From contig CAZOLB010000001.1 in the NCBI GenBank assembly GCA_964580825.1, positions 3,066 to 67,065 of the forward strand: 64,000 nucleotides of DNA, in the 5' to 3' direction. The stretch comes from an uncultured Gammaproteobacteria bacterium. Lineage in GTDB: Bacteria; Patescibacteriota; Patescibacteriia; UBA2591; UBA6264. Each line of letters starts with the position of its first letter. The first letter of the stretch is position 1. A program made the translations under genes and the position numbers. Positions 50,296 through 59,676 of this stretch are shown here, one piece after another. Below the pieces are notes generated by a model. It was not told where the DNA came from, did no database searches, and saw only the letters and a program-made list of their open reading frames with translations.

Positions 50296-51759
50296 CTAAA
50301 TGAGAGGTCGGGGATTGTCAGTATCTTTCTTATCTTCTTTACCGCTTTCGCTTGAGCCTTCTTTTTTTTCTTTAATCGCCGCTTTTTCTTGAGCGCTTCG
50401 CAAAATTTGCGCTTCTTCTTCCTCAATTAATTTTTTTGCCGCATCGGCAGAAATACTATACTTGCGTCGAGAAGATTCGATAATTTCCTCTTTATACGAT
50501 GGGTGATTAGGGGACAAGACGCTTAAAGTTTGGGCGGAAAAGGGATCATAGGACTCGCCATTAATCATCAATTTAATATAAAATTCCCTTTTACCCAAAT
50601 TAATCATATCTTTGGCTTTAAAAATCGGGGCCATATCCGATTCCAGCGCTCCCGCATCGTCGCCGCCGACTCGAAAAATAATAATCGTAGCCACATTGCC
50701 CAAAACCGAAGCCTGTACTCGCGGCAAAAGTTGACTCAAATATTGGTGGGCGACTGTCAAACAAATGCCATACTTTCTTGACTCCGACAATAAATTCTCA
50801 AACGTCTCGGTTACCAAATTATGAAACTCATCAACATATAAATATAATGGCTTTCTCTCTTTTTCCGGAATATTCGCCCTTCCCATGCCGGCTTGTTTGA
50901 TTTTAGTGACAAATATCGAGCCAAAGAAACTGGAATTCTCCTCTCCCAACCTACCCTTGGAAAGATTAATAAAAATTATTTTTTCTTGATTCATTAATTT
51001 TTCTAAATCTACCTTATTCTCTTTTTGTCCAAAAATATTCCTCAACATCGGGTCGGCTAAAAATTGTCCGAGTTTATTGACTAAAGGAATAATAGCGTCG
51101 GTATCGAATTTTTCCGACCAATCGGCAAACTCAATCGCCCAAAAACGTTTAACCATATCGTCGGTTATATACTCGACCACTTTCTGGCGATAATTACGGT
51201 CAGTAAGCAGAGAAATCATCCCCCTCATCGTCGCATAAGGATAATCCAGAAGAGCCAAACAGGTAAAACGGAAAACGTGTTCCAGGCGCGGTGTCCAATT
51301 AGCGCCAAATTGTTTTTTTATCACTTCGATTAAACCTTGGGTTAATTGAAATTTGAAGCCTGGATCGACGTTAGATAAAGGATTAAAAGAAACGGGGTGC
51401 TCATTGTCGGAAGGGTCAATTAATACCACGTCGTCAATCCTTTCCTTGGGAATAAAGTCCAAAAGAAGCTCAATAACGTCACCGTGGGGGTCGATAAAAC
51501 AAACTCCCTTGCCATAAGCAATATCCTGACGAACAAGAAGTTCCAAAAGTTTTGATTTTCCCACACCGCTCTTGCCAATAATATAAATATGGCGATCTCG
51601 ATCTTCGCGTTTTATTCCAAAAACAAACAGTTTCTCTTCAAGGGCGGCCACATAATTTGTCCGCCCGATAAAAGAAACGTCTTTTGGATCAACGTTCCCC
51701 AATACCGGCAACTCCGGCGGCGGCGGAGCGTAACGAATAATCTGAATTTTTTCAGCCAT
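50296..51759 (-). CDS. VirD4/TraG/HerA-like ATPase (second paralog, no Zn domain)
   Basis: DRDRHIYIIGKSGVGKS, IDPHG, LYVDEFHN, SESRKY, AHQY. Confidence 0.88.
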   Translation of the reverse strand: MAEKIQIIRYAPPPPELPVLGNVDPKDVSFIGRTNYVAALEEKLFVFGIKREDRDRHIYIIGKSGVGKSKLLELLVRQDIAYGKGVCFIDPHGDVIELLLDFIPKERIDDVVLIDPSDNEHPVSFNPLSNVDPGFKFQLTQGLIEVIKKQFGANWTPRLEHVFRFTCLALLDYPYATMRGMISLLTDRNYRQKVVEYITDDMVKRFWAIEFADWSEKFDTDAIIPLVNKLGQFLADPMLRNIFGQKENKVDLEKLMNQEKIIFINLSKGRLGEENSSFFGSIFVTKIKQAGMGRANIPEKERKPLYLYVDEFHNLVTETFENLLSESRKYGICLTVAHQYLSQLLPRVQASVLGNVATIIIFRVGGDDAGALESDMAPIFKAKDMINLGKREFYIKLMINGESYDPFSAQTLSVLSPNHPSYKEEIIESSRRKYSISADAAKKLIEEEEAQILRSAQEKAAIKEKKEGSSESGKEDKKDTDNPRPLI

Positions 51760-51874
51760 AAGTGCTTTACTAATATGAAAAACTAAAAAATCTTTCTTTC
51801 CATGGTCATAACTTTTATCTCATCTTTTTGTTCTATAAAATTTTTATGTTTTTAAGTATGTGTTTTTTTATTTT

Positions 51875-52480
51875 TTATTTTTCTGGCAAAGCACCCAATT
51901 CTTTTAAAAAATTCTCGAAGGCCATTACCGCTATTTTTGCTTCCGTCTCGCTAACTGCGGAGCCAGAAACATGAACCAAACCATTCCGAAGAATATGGGC
52001 GTCCCAAACGCCATTCAAACTTTTCACGTCAGAAATAACATGCGATAGGCGTTCGGCCATATAATCGCCGGCATATCCCGCTTTTTTTAGAAAATTATCC
52101 ACTAAAGCATCTGCTTCAATAATCGCCAATTTCAAATTGGACGGAGTCGGCAAAGATAATTTATTTTTTACTTTTTGCCATTGGCTTACAAATTTTTTGT
52201 CCACGTAAACAACTTTTTCCCTCTCTTCTTTTAACCAATGGAAAAGTTTAATTTTATGTCTTAATGGCCAAACTTTGGTAAAAACATATAATATGCAAAA
52301 AATCAATAAAATGTCCAAAATAATTATACAAGGACGAGCCGTATATCGCCAAAAAACCAAGAAATTCTGAAACCATTCATATTTTCCCAGGGGAAAATTC
52401 AAAATAGAAGCAATATCGGTCATGAATACCGCGCCAATCGCGATAAAAAACACAATAAATAAAAATATGACATACCACAT
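51875..52480 (-). CDS. Two-TM membrane protein with a C-terminal HEPN-like domain
   Basis: Two hydrophobic segments, then AIIEADALVD...G..MAERL...AHILRNGLVH (RxxxxH). Confidence 0.7.
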   Translation of the reverse strand: MWYVIFLFIVFFIAIGAVFMTDIASILNFPLGKYEWFQNFLVFWRYTARPCIIILDILLIFCILYVFTKVWPLRHKIKLFHWLKEEREKVVYVDKKFVSQWQKVKNKLSLPTPSNLKLAIIEADALVDNFLKKAGYAGDYMAERLSHVISDVKSLNGVWDAHILRNGLVHVSGSAVSETEAKIAVMAFENFLKELGALPEK

Positions 52481-52542
52481 AAAAATCCGATTAAATAATA
52501 AACCAATAAGATTCTGTTTCTCTCTCCTCAAATTAAATTCTT

Positions 52543-53871
52543 TTATTGCCCAAATTTTTCTAAGGCTTTTTCTTCGCCAAAAATTGGCAATCCGACTTCC
52601 GGCGCCACTTTACGCCCTTCCAACCTTTGAATATAAGGAGTGACCATTACAGCGCTTGTTGGCGGATGAAAGAGAGTGGCAACCGCCCTTACTGTCAATT
52701 TAACAACTCTTGAATGAAAATTCCAATTTAAAAAATGAGAAGTTAAAATTCGACCCATAAACGTTTCTTCGGGCATTTCTCGTCTCCGATAAAATGATAG
52801 AATCCGCTCTTTACGCAATTTATTGCGGGACTTTGGAAAGATATACGGACTTACCCAAATTTTCGTTCTCGTGCTCATTCTGTGATTCTGCCGAAAAGAA
52901 TTTAAATTAGGCGCAGCATATTGATTAAAAGCTCCAATCAATCCTCGACGGGCATAACTATCAAAAAAAATTGTCTGGGGAGAAATATAAACAAAACGAA
53001 TTAAAGTATCAAAGGCTTGACTGGAAAGATTTTCATCTATTGATTTAATGGCAGCAACCTCCCCCGGGGTGCTTGGTATTTTTTCAATTTTCGATTCTCC
53101 GTCTTTTGTCGTTCCCGTTTTAATTTCTTTTGGTTTTTGCAAATCCCTAATAAACTTTTCCCATCGTTTATTCCAATTGGGTTCAGCCGGCGCGATATTT
53201 ATCTGAATGCCGACCATTTCTCCGTCTCTTACTTCGCCCAAAACTTCCAAAAATGAAGAAATTGGATCAGCCGCTTCTTTTTCTTTCCCCTCAAATTCAT
53301 TATACATTTTAATGGGATAAGCCTCCGGCCGGGCAAGAACTATTTCGCTTCCCCATAAACCAAGGCCTTTTTTTTCTAAATCATTTACATCTTTAGGCAA
53401 AGAAGAAATATAATCTTCCACCTCCACTATCTCTATTTCCGTATAATATGAAAGAAAGGCGGCTTTAACTAAATCCTTTTGTCTTTTTTCCGTTCTAATG
53501 TAGAAATGAATTTTACCGGCAAGACTAACCATTTCAAGGGTAAACCACTTGGTTATTTCTCCTTTCCAATATCTCTCGCTAACATCTTCAGGCCAATTTC
53601 GCAACCCCCAAATCGCCTTTAAAGCTTGCTCCATACTCGCGGGACTCCTTGAAATCTCTCTGGGAATTAATATTTCCATAAGCACGTACTCCCTGCTTCT
53701 TTTATAAAGAGTCTGCCGCCAAAAAAGCCAAATTGAATGATTAATCGGCAATAAAATAATAAAAAGCAAAAACCACCAGGTTTCGCTTAAAAATAAATAA
53801 ATAAAACGCCAGATATCCGTCGGTATGTTTAAAAAAACATCGAATAATTGTTGATGTATTGCCTCGTTCAT
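52543..53871 (-). CDS. Membrane-anchored hypothetical protein, likely partner of the TraG-like ATPases
   Basis: N-terminal TM; LMEILIPRE...MEQ, FTLEMVS...IHFYIR, EIVEVEDY, YPIK, C-terminal ATLFHPP. Confidence 0.75.
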   Translation of the reverse strand: MNEAIHQQLFDVFLNIPTDIWRFIYLFLSETWWFLLFIILLPINHSIWLFWRQTLYKRSREYVLMEILIPREISRSPASMEQALKAIWGLRNWPEDVSERYWKGEITKWFTLEMVSLAGKIHFYIRTEKRQKDLVKAAFLSYYTEIEIVEVEDYISSLPKDVNDLEKKGLGLWGSEIVLARPEAYPIKMYNEFEGKEKEAADPISSFLEVLGEVRDGEMVGIQINIAPAEPNWNKRWEKFIRDLQKPKEIKTGTTKDGESKIEKIPSTPGEVAAIKSIDENLSSQAFDTLIRFVYISPQTIFFDSYARRGLIGAFNQYAAPNLNSFRQNHRMSTRTKIWVSPYIFPKSRNKLRKERILSFYRRREMPEETFMGRILTSHFLNWNFHSRVVKLTVRAVATLFHPPTSAVMVTPYIQRLEGRKVAPEVGLPIFGEEKALEKFGQ

Positions 53872-53991
53872 CTTCGTATTAGGTGCTAAAAATTAAACAC
53901 TTACGACGTAAACTTCGAATCATCAATTATTCTATCACATTTTCCATTTAAAAACCAGAATTAACCCTTATTCTCAATCCTTTTAAAATCA

Positions 53992-55146
53992 TCACAAACC
54001 CTCTTGATTTAATCCTTCCAGCAATTCTTTTTGTTTTTTGGTTATCTTTTTGGGAATTTTAATTTTAATAATAACTATCTGGTCGCCCCGTCCGCGGCTT
54101 AATCCTCTTAAAGATAAATACGGAACTCCTTTTCCTTTTAAACGGATTTCTTGGCCTGAAGATGTGCCAGCGGGAATTTTTAATTCCACTAGCCCATCAA
54201 CTGTTTCTACTTCAACTCTGCCGCCCAAAATGGCTTGAGAAATAGAGATTTCCTTTTCATAAAAAATATCGTTTCCACGACGCTCAAATCTCGGATGAGG
54301 ACGAATTAAAATAGTAACGTATAAATCCCCTCTCGTTCCCCCCTTTTCTCCAACATGGCCCTGTCCGGAAAGCCGAATAGACTGACCCTGATCGATTCCC
54401 GCCGGAATTTTTATTTTTATCTCCGACGATTTGATTTCTTTGCCCGCTCCGCGACACCGACGGCATTCTTTTTCCGGCACTTGGCCTCGCCCTCCGCACC
54501 GAGAACAAACGGTACTGCTCCTAAAACTCCCAAGAAAAGTCGACTGAGTATGGACAATTTGCCCTTTGCCATTACAATTTTTGCAAACGACTAAATTAAC
54601 CCCTTCTTCATAGCCAACCCCTTTACAAACATCACATAACGCGTATTTTTCCAATCTAATATCTTTTTCCACGCCGAAAATCGCCTGCTGAAATTCTATA
54701 TTTAATTTTATCTCTATGTCTTGTCCTCGGCGGGGACGACTTGTTTTTGAAGAACGACCAAAACTTCCATCAAAAAAAGATTCGCCACCGGAAAAAAAAT
54801 CCGCAAAAATATCGCCAAGATTGCCAAATCCAAAATTAAGATCTCTCCCCCCTTCCTCTCTCATCGCCTCAGCCCAATTAGCCCAATCGCCAAAATTATC
54901 AAATCCGCTAAATCCTCCTTGTGCTTGAGCTTGTTCAAAAGCGCTGCCGTACTGATCGTACATTTTTCTTTTTTCCGGGTTGGAAAGAATTTGGTAAGCT
55001 TGATTAATTTCTCTGAATTTTTCCGCATCGCCGCCGCTTTTATCGGGGTGGTATTTCTGGGCTAATTTTCGAAATGCAGTTTTAATCTCGTCAGGAGAAG
55101 CGCTTTTATCAACGCCTAAAACCTGATAATAATCTTTTTCAGCCAT
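53992..55146 (-). CDS. dnaJ: Chaperone DnaJ
   Basis: J domain with HPD, G/F region, four CxxCxGxG repeats. Confidence 0.97.
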   Translation of the reverse strand: MAEKDYYQVLGVDKSASPDEIKTAFRKLAQKYHPDKSGGDAEKFREINQAYQILSNPEKRKMYDQYGSAFEQAQAQGGFSGFDNFGDWANWAEAMREEGGRDLNFGFGNLGDIFADFFSGGESFFDGSFGRSSKTSRPRRGQDIEIKLNIEFQQAIFGVEKDIRLEKYALCDVCKGVGYEEGVNLVVCKNCNGKGQIVHTQSTFLGSFRSSTVCSRCGGRGQVPEKECRRCRGAGKEIKSSEIKIKIPAGIDQGQSIRLSGQGHVGEKGGTRGDLYVTILIRPHPRFERRGNDIFYEKEISISQAILGGRVEVETVDGLVELKIPAGTSSGQEIRLKGKGVPYLSLRGLSRGRGDQIVIIKIKIPKKITKKQKELLEGLNQEGL

Positions 55147-55190
55147 AACCGCTAATTGTAATTATAAAATTAATCTAAAAACGAAAGAAG

Positions 55191-55261
55191 CGGGGGCACA
55201 GGGAATCGAACCCCGGACTAAAATTTTGGAGATTCTCGTGATACCACTTCACCATACCCCC
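55191..55261 (-). tRNA. tRNA-Trp(CCA)
   Basis: GGGGGTA/TGCCCCC acceptor stem, anticodon loop CTCCAAA, GGTTCGATTCC. Confidence 0.95.
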
Positions 55262-55268
55262 AATTTTC

Positions 55269-55424
55269 TTATTTCGTTTCTTTATGAAGAGTATGTCTTT
55301 TGCACCAACGGCAATATTTTTTCAACTCCAAGCGATTTTTAATATTCTTTTTATTTTTCCGGGAATAATAATTTATCCGATGGCATTCCGGACACTCAAA
55401 TTTGATTAAATTGTCTTGACTCAT
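55269..55424 (-). CDS. rpmG: 50S ribosomal protein L33 (Zn-binding); below the ORF-track cutoff
   Basis: [51 protein letters not shown]. Confidence 0.96.
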   Translation of the reverse strand: MSQDNLIKFECPECHRINYYSRKNKKNIKNRLELKKYCRWCKRHTLHKETK

Positions 55425-55534
55425 AATAGTTAAATTACTTAAATTTCTTATTTCTAAAAAATTAATAAACCTAAAATTTTAATCTTAGAATCTCTAATTT
55501 TAGAGATTAGGACTCCCGCGCTAGCGTGGCTATA

Positions 55535-55610
55535 TGGAGCCGAGGGCGAGAGTCGAACTCGCGACCCACTGTTTACAAAACAGTTGCTCTGGCCACTGAG
55601 CTACCTCGGC
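55535..55610 (-). tRNA. tRNA-Thr(TGT)
   Basis: GCCGAGG acceptor, ACTGT-TTTGTAA-ACAGT anticodon arm, encoded CCA. Confidence 0.96.
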
Positions 55611-55905
55611 CCGCTTTTATAACTTAATAACGAATTTTTCTCAAGTTATCCTCTGTGTATTTCAGTTATTAACTTCCGATACCTTCTCTGAAAAGTCGGG
55701 CTCCGACCGCAATATCGGAAAACTGCCTCGGCGCTAAATATAGTAAGCGGATTCCTCTTTTTAAAATTCCTTAGGCCCTCTGCTCTTATTGCTTAATATT
55801 TTAAACAAAAAATATAAATTCCGCAAGATACTTGACCGACGCAATAAAAAAATGCTATGACTAATAACGGCTGCCCTAAAAAAATAATCTTTTAAAAAAG
55901 ATTTT

Positions 55906-56400
55906 ATGAAATTAGCCATTTTCTCTGATTCCCACGACAATATTCCCAACCTGAAAAAAGCTTTAATTTACTGCCAAAATGAGAACATCGGCGTTATTCT
56001 TCATTGCGGAGACCTTTGCAAAATAGAATCTCTGATTGAATCTTGGCCTAAGAGCTCGGGAATTAAAATGCATTTGGCAGTCGGCAACGCCGATATTCTG
56101 AAAAAATCCGATTATGAATCTTTTTTTCCGTTAAAAATCCATGGTCCGGTCGGAGAATTTACTTTTGAAAACAAAAAAATCGCCTTTACTCATTTTCCAG
56201 ACAAGGCGAAAGAACTCGCTAAACAGCAAAAACACGATTATATTTTCTACGGACACACCCATAAACCCTGGGAAGAAACAGTTGAAAAAACAAAATTGGT
56301 TAATCCCGGAGAGATTGGCGGAATGCCCTATCAGTCAACGTTCGCCGTTCTGGATCTTGAAAAAAATAAATTATCGCTTAAAATATTAGGAGAAATATAA
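55906..56400 (+). CDS. YfcE/MJ0936-family metallophosphoesterase
   Basis: SDSH, HCGD, GNAD, FYGHTH, NPGE. Confidence 0.92.
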   Translation: MKLAIFSDSHDNIPNLKKALIYCQNENIGVILHCGDLCKIESLIESWPKSSGIKMHLAVGNADILKKSDYESFFPLKIHGPVGEFTFENKKIAFTHFPDKAKELAKQQKHDYIFYGHTHKPWEETVEKTKLVNPGEIGGMPYQSTFAVLDLEKNKLSLKILGEI

Positions 56401-56404
56401 GTAA

Positions 56405-56490
56405 GCCGGGGTGGTGAAACGGTAGACACGCAAGACTTAAAATCTTGTGGACGCAAGTCCATGCGGGTTCGATTCCCGCCCCCGGCACCA
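56405..56490 (+). tRNA. tRNA-Leu(TAA)
   Basis: CAAGA-CTTAAAA-TCTTG anticodon arm, long variable arm, encoded CCA. Confidence 0.96.
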
Positions 56491-56641
56491 GTATTAAACT
56501 TTCCGATTTTTCGCCAACCGAATTGGCCACGCGAAGCGCGCCATCAGTTCCATTCAAAAAAGGTTCGGATTTCGTCAAACAAACGCACTCTAAAACTAAA
56601 ATTTCAATTTATATAATCGTTCATTTAAAAAAGGAGGAAAA

Positions 56642-57319
56642 ATGTACAAAATTCTTTATGCTTTAATCTACTGGGTCTTCCGACCGCAAACGGCAATGAG
56701 CAAGATCGAAGGGTTGGAAAATTTGCCGAAGAAAGAAGGTTTTATTCTGGCAGCCAATCATCAAAATTCTCATGACCCCTTAATTATGATTGTGGCTTTG
56801 AAAAAATTCTTTTTTAGTTATGTCTGGGCAAAAAAGAAAAAAATGTATTTTATCGGCTCGCTTGATTTAAAAAGACAATGGCTTAGATACAGTTTTATAT
56901 CTTTAATCTTCGGTCTTTTTGAGGAAAGGGTTGGATACTTAACGGCTGATAAAAAGGGTTTAAAAAAAGCGCTCGCCAAGCTTCAAAAAGAAAACATCGT
57001 GGTAATTTTTCCCGAAGGCAGACGAAATATCACTTCAATCTTGAAGCCGGGCAAAAAAGGAGCAGCGGTTTTAGCCCTTCTGTCCGGGAAAAAAATTATT
57101 CCCGTCGGCTGTTTCGGCCCCGCTATCTTCTGGCTCGGACAAATTACCGGATTTTTCAAAAAAAAATGGATAAAATTCGGCAAACCTTTCTGTTTCCCAA
57201 AAGCCGACCAAAAAAAAATCGACCAAGAACCGGAAATTTTAAAACAGGCAACCGCTGAAGTTATGGGAAAAATCTCTCTTGTCTGCGGTAAAAGTCGATA
57301 TGAATCCACAAATCTCTAG
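56642..57319 (+). CDS. Lysophospholipid acyltransferase (PlsC family)
   Basis: ANHQNSHD (HxxxxD), IFPEGRR, IIPVG; AGGAGG SD upstream. Confidence 0.88.
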   Translation: MYKILYALIYWVFRPQTAMSKIEGLENLPKKEGFILAANHQNSHDPLIMIVALKKFFFSYVWAKKKKMYFIGSLDLKRQWLRYSFISLIFGLFEERVGYLTADKKGLKKALAKLQKENIVVIFPEGRRNITSILKPGKKGAAVLALLSGKKIIPVGCFGPAIFWLGQITGFFKKKWIKFGKPFCFPKADQKKIDQEPEILKQATAEVMGKISLVCGKSRYESTNL

Positions 57320-57353
57320 GCTCCTATGACCTCGTCAATAGGAGCCATTTTTT
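57319..57353 (+). terminator. Intrinsic terminator
   Basis: GGCTCCTATGAC-CTC-GTCAATAGGAGCC followed by ATTTTTT. Confidence 0.7.
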
Positions 57354-57354
57354 C

Positions 57355-57383
57355 TTGCCTGAAAAGATCTTAAATGTTAAAAT
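57355..57383 (+). promoter_or_regulatory. Promoter of tRNA-Leu(TAG)
   Basis: TTGCCT-17 nt-TAAAAT with extended TG, 8 nt before the tRNA. Confidence 0.55.
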
Positions 57384-57391
57384 AAAAACGG

Positions 57392-57474
57392 GCTGGAGTG
57401 GCGGAATTTGGCAGACGCGCATGGTTTAGGACCATGTGGGGAAACCCATGGGAGTTCGATTCTCCCCTCCAGCA
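57392..57474 (+). tRNA. tRNA-Leu(TAG)
   Basis: GCTGGAG/CTCCAGC acceptor stem, CATGG-TTTAGGA-CCATG anticodon arm, long variable arm. Confidence 0.95.
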
Positions 57475-57517
57475 CTCTCGAAAATAAAATAATAATAAAA
57501 ATTACTAAATTAAAAAA

Positions 57518-58483
57518 ATGATTAAAAAGGGTGTTATAAATTCGGAATTGATTGTCGCCGGCGACGGAAGCGTATATCATCTCAATTTGAAAAAAAGCGA
57601 TAATCTGCCAAAAGACATTTTTTTAGTCGGCGACCCGCAAAGAGCTTACCAATTAGCCGGATATTTTGATAATAAAAAAATTATTTTTGAAAGAAAAAAT
57701 CGGGAATTTGTCACTTTAGTCGGTTTTTATAAAAAAATTCCGATAACAGTTATCGGCACTGGTATCGGGCCGGGCAACGCGGAAATCGTCGGAACTGAAT
57801 TGCACATTTTAAATGAATACGACCATAAAAGAAAAATTTGGGAAAAAAACTTTTCTCCCTTAAATATTATCCGTCTGGGTACGGCCGGATCGGCGCAAAA
57901 AAATATCGCCGTCGGCAGTCTGGCCATCTCCCAATACGCCATTGGTTTGGACAATATCGGCATTTTTTATCCTCATACTTCAACGGATCCGATTATTAAA
58001 GCCGTACAAAAAAAACTTAACCGCACTAAAATAGCAAAAGTCCATCCATACGTGACGGCCGGTTCGCCTGAAATAATCAAAGCCCTAATTCAAAGCTGTC
58101 AAAATATCGGATTAAAACAAAACAAAAAACGGGGTTTTTATTGCGGTCTGACTTGTTCAGCGCCGGGATTCTACGGACCGCAAGGCAGAAAAATCGGCCG
58201 AATCGGCAAAATTCTGATCCCTGATCTGCAAAAAATTTTAGAAACTCTTAATGTCAATAATTTAAAAGTAATCAATAACGAGATGGAAACGAGCGCCATT
58301 TTTAGAATCTTGGGAGAAATCCTTAATTATAAAACCGGTTCGATTTGCGCCGTTATCGCCAATCGAAATAAAAAAGAAGTCGTTTCGCCTCAAGAATACG
58401 AAAAAGCCGTCAATCGCTGTCTTAAAGTTGGTTTAGAGGCGATGAAAATATTAAACTCCGCCGCAAAAACTTTAATGAAATAA
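57518..58483 (+). CDS. Uridine/nucleoside phosphorylase (PNP_UDP_1)
   Basis: DGSVYHLNL, VGDPQRA, NREF, TGIG, RLGTAG, GFYGPQGR, NEMETSA. Confidence 0.9.
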   Translation: MIKKGVINSELIVAGDGSVYHLNLKKSDNLPKDIFLVGDPQRAYQLAGYFDNKKIIFERKNREFVTLVGFYKKIPITVIGTGIGPGNAEIVGTELHILNEYDHKRKIWEKNFSPLNIIRLGTAGSAQKNIAVGSLAISQYAIGLDNIGIFYPHTSTDPIIKAVQKKLNRTKIAKVHPYVTAGSPEIIKALIQSCQNIGLKQNKKRGFYCGLTCSAPGFYGPQGRKIGRIGKILIPDLQKILETLNVNNLKVINNEMETSAIFRILGEILNYKTGSICAVIANRNKKEVVSPQEYEKAVNRCLKVGLEAMKILNSAAKTLMK

Positions 58484-58495
58484 ATTAATAGAAAT

Positions 58496-58541
58496 AAATA
58501 AAAAAATGGCCTAACAATAACAGTAGGTCATTTTTTTATTT
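58496..58541. terminator. Bidirectional terminator between converging genes
   Basis: A-tract-TGGCCTA...TAGGTCA-T-tract. Confidence 0.55.
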
Positions 58542-58563
58542 TGGGGAAATTTTAAACTTTGAT

Positions 58564-59676
58564 TTACTCGACTATTATTCCGCCGCCTAAAACCTCTTCG
58601 CCAGCGTAAAAAACCGCTGATTGGCCGGGGGTAACGGCGCGCTGGGCTCTTTTAAATTCCGCCTTTAATTCTTTGGCGGACAAAATCCGTTCAGAAAATT
58701 TTACCAAAACGCCCGGATGTTGATATCTTATTTTAACCGTTATTTTTCCGTCTTTTTTTATTTTTTCTCTATTAAGCCAATTTATATCTTTAATTGAAAA
58801 ATATTTTTTGTATAAGTCTTTTTCCCGTCCCACAATTAACGCATTGTTTTTTTTATCTATCTTAATTACATAAAAGGGCCTGTTTAAACCGCTTAACAAG
58901 CCTTTTCTCTGGCCGACAGTATAAAAAGGCAAACCCCGATGTTCGCCTAAAATACAACTCTGTAAATCCTTAATTGGCCCGTTCTTAATGCCGCAAAAAT
59001 CGCACAGCCGTGAATCTTTGACAGCGGATTTTTTAAAGAATTTTCTAAGAAAATTTCGATAGTCGTTGTCGGGAATAAAACAAATTTCCCGCGATTCTTT
59101 TTGCCCCTTGATTGCCAAATTATTTTTCGCGGCAATCCTTTTAACTTCATTCTTAGTCAAGTCGCCCAAAGGAAAAATGATTCTTTTTAACTGATTTTGT
59201 TTTAAGCGATACAAAAAATACGACTGATCCCGAGTTTCATCTTTAGCTTTTTTTAAAACAAATTTTGAAAATTGAGAATTAGGAATTGAAAATTCACGCG
59301 TTACACGCGCGTAGTGTCCGGTTGCCAGATAATCAGCGCCTAATTTTCTCGCCCGTTTTAATAATAAACCGAATTTTATTTTTTCATTACACCAAACGCA
59401 GGGATTGGGAGTTTTTCCATTCAGATATTCGCGGCAAAACGGCTGAATAATTCTCTTTTTAAACTCATTTTTTAAATTAACCGTATAATGAGGGATTCTC
59501 AATCTTCTACAAATAATTTTTGCGTCTCTAACCGCTTGTCTTTCAAAGTCGCCCAATAACATTGTCAGGCCAAAAACTTGATATTTTTTCAATAATAAAA
59601 AGGCGGCGACCGACGAGTCGACACCGCCCGACATCGCCACGGCCACAATACTGCTTTCCTTATTCTTTCTGGCCAT
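58564..59676 (-). CDS. mnmA: tRNA U34 2-thiouridylase MnmA
   Basis: AMSGGVDSS, TPNPCVWCN, ATGHYAR, DQSYFL, ESREICF, TPGQSAVFY. Confidence 0.96.
   Translation of the reverse strand: MARKNKESSIVAVAMSGGVDSSVAAFLLLKKYQVFGLTMLLGDFERQAVRDAKIICRRLRIPHYTVNLKNEFKKRIIQPFCREYLNGKTPNPCVWCNEKIKFGLLLKRARKLGADYLATGHYARVTREFSIPNSQFSKFVLKKAKDETRDQSYFLYRLKQNQLKRIIFPLGDLTKNEVKRIAAKNNLAIKGQKESREICFIPDNDYRNFLRKFFKKSAVKDSRLCDFCGIKNGPIKDLQSCILGEHRGLPFYTVGQRKGLLSGLNRPFYVIKIDKKNNALIVGREKDLYKKYFSIKDINWLNREKIKKDGKITVKIRYQHPGVLVKFSERILSAKELKAEFKRAQRAVTPGQSAVFYAGEEVLGGGIIVE

Noticed and set aside
48562-53871. Conjugative element or ICE
   Set aside because: No relaxase, integrase, VirB-like genes or att repeats; the module is embedded among housekeeping genes
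56378-57580. ORFs 56378-56578, 56445-56666 and 57377-57580
   Set aside because: They overlap tRNA-Leu genes and are not credible as intact genes
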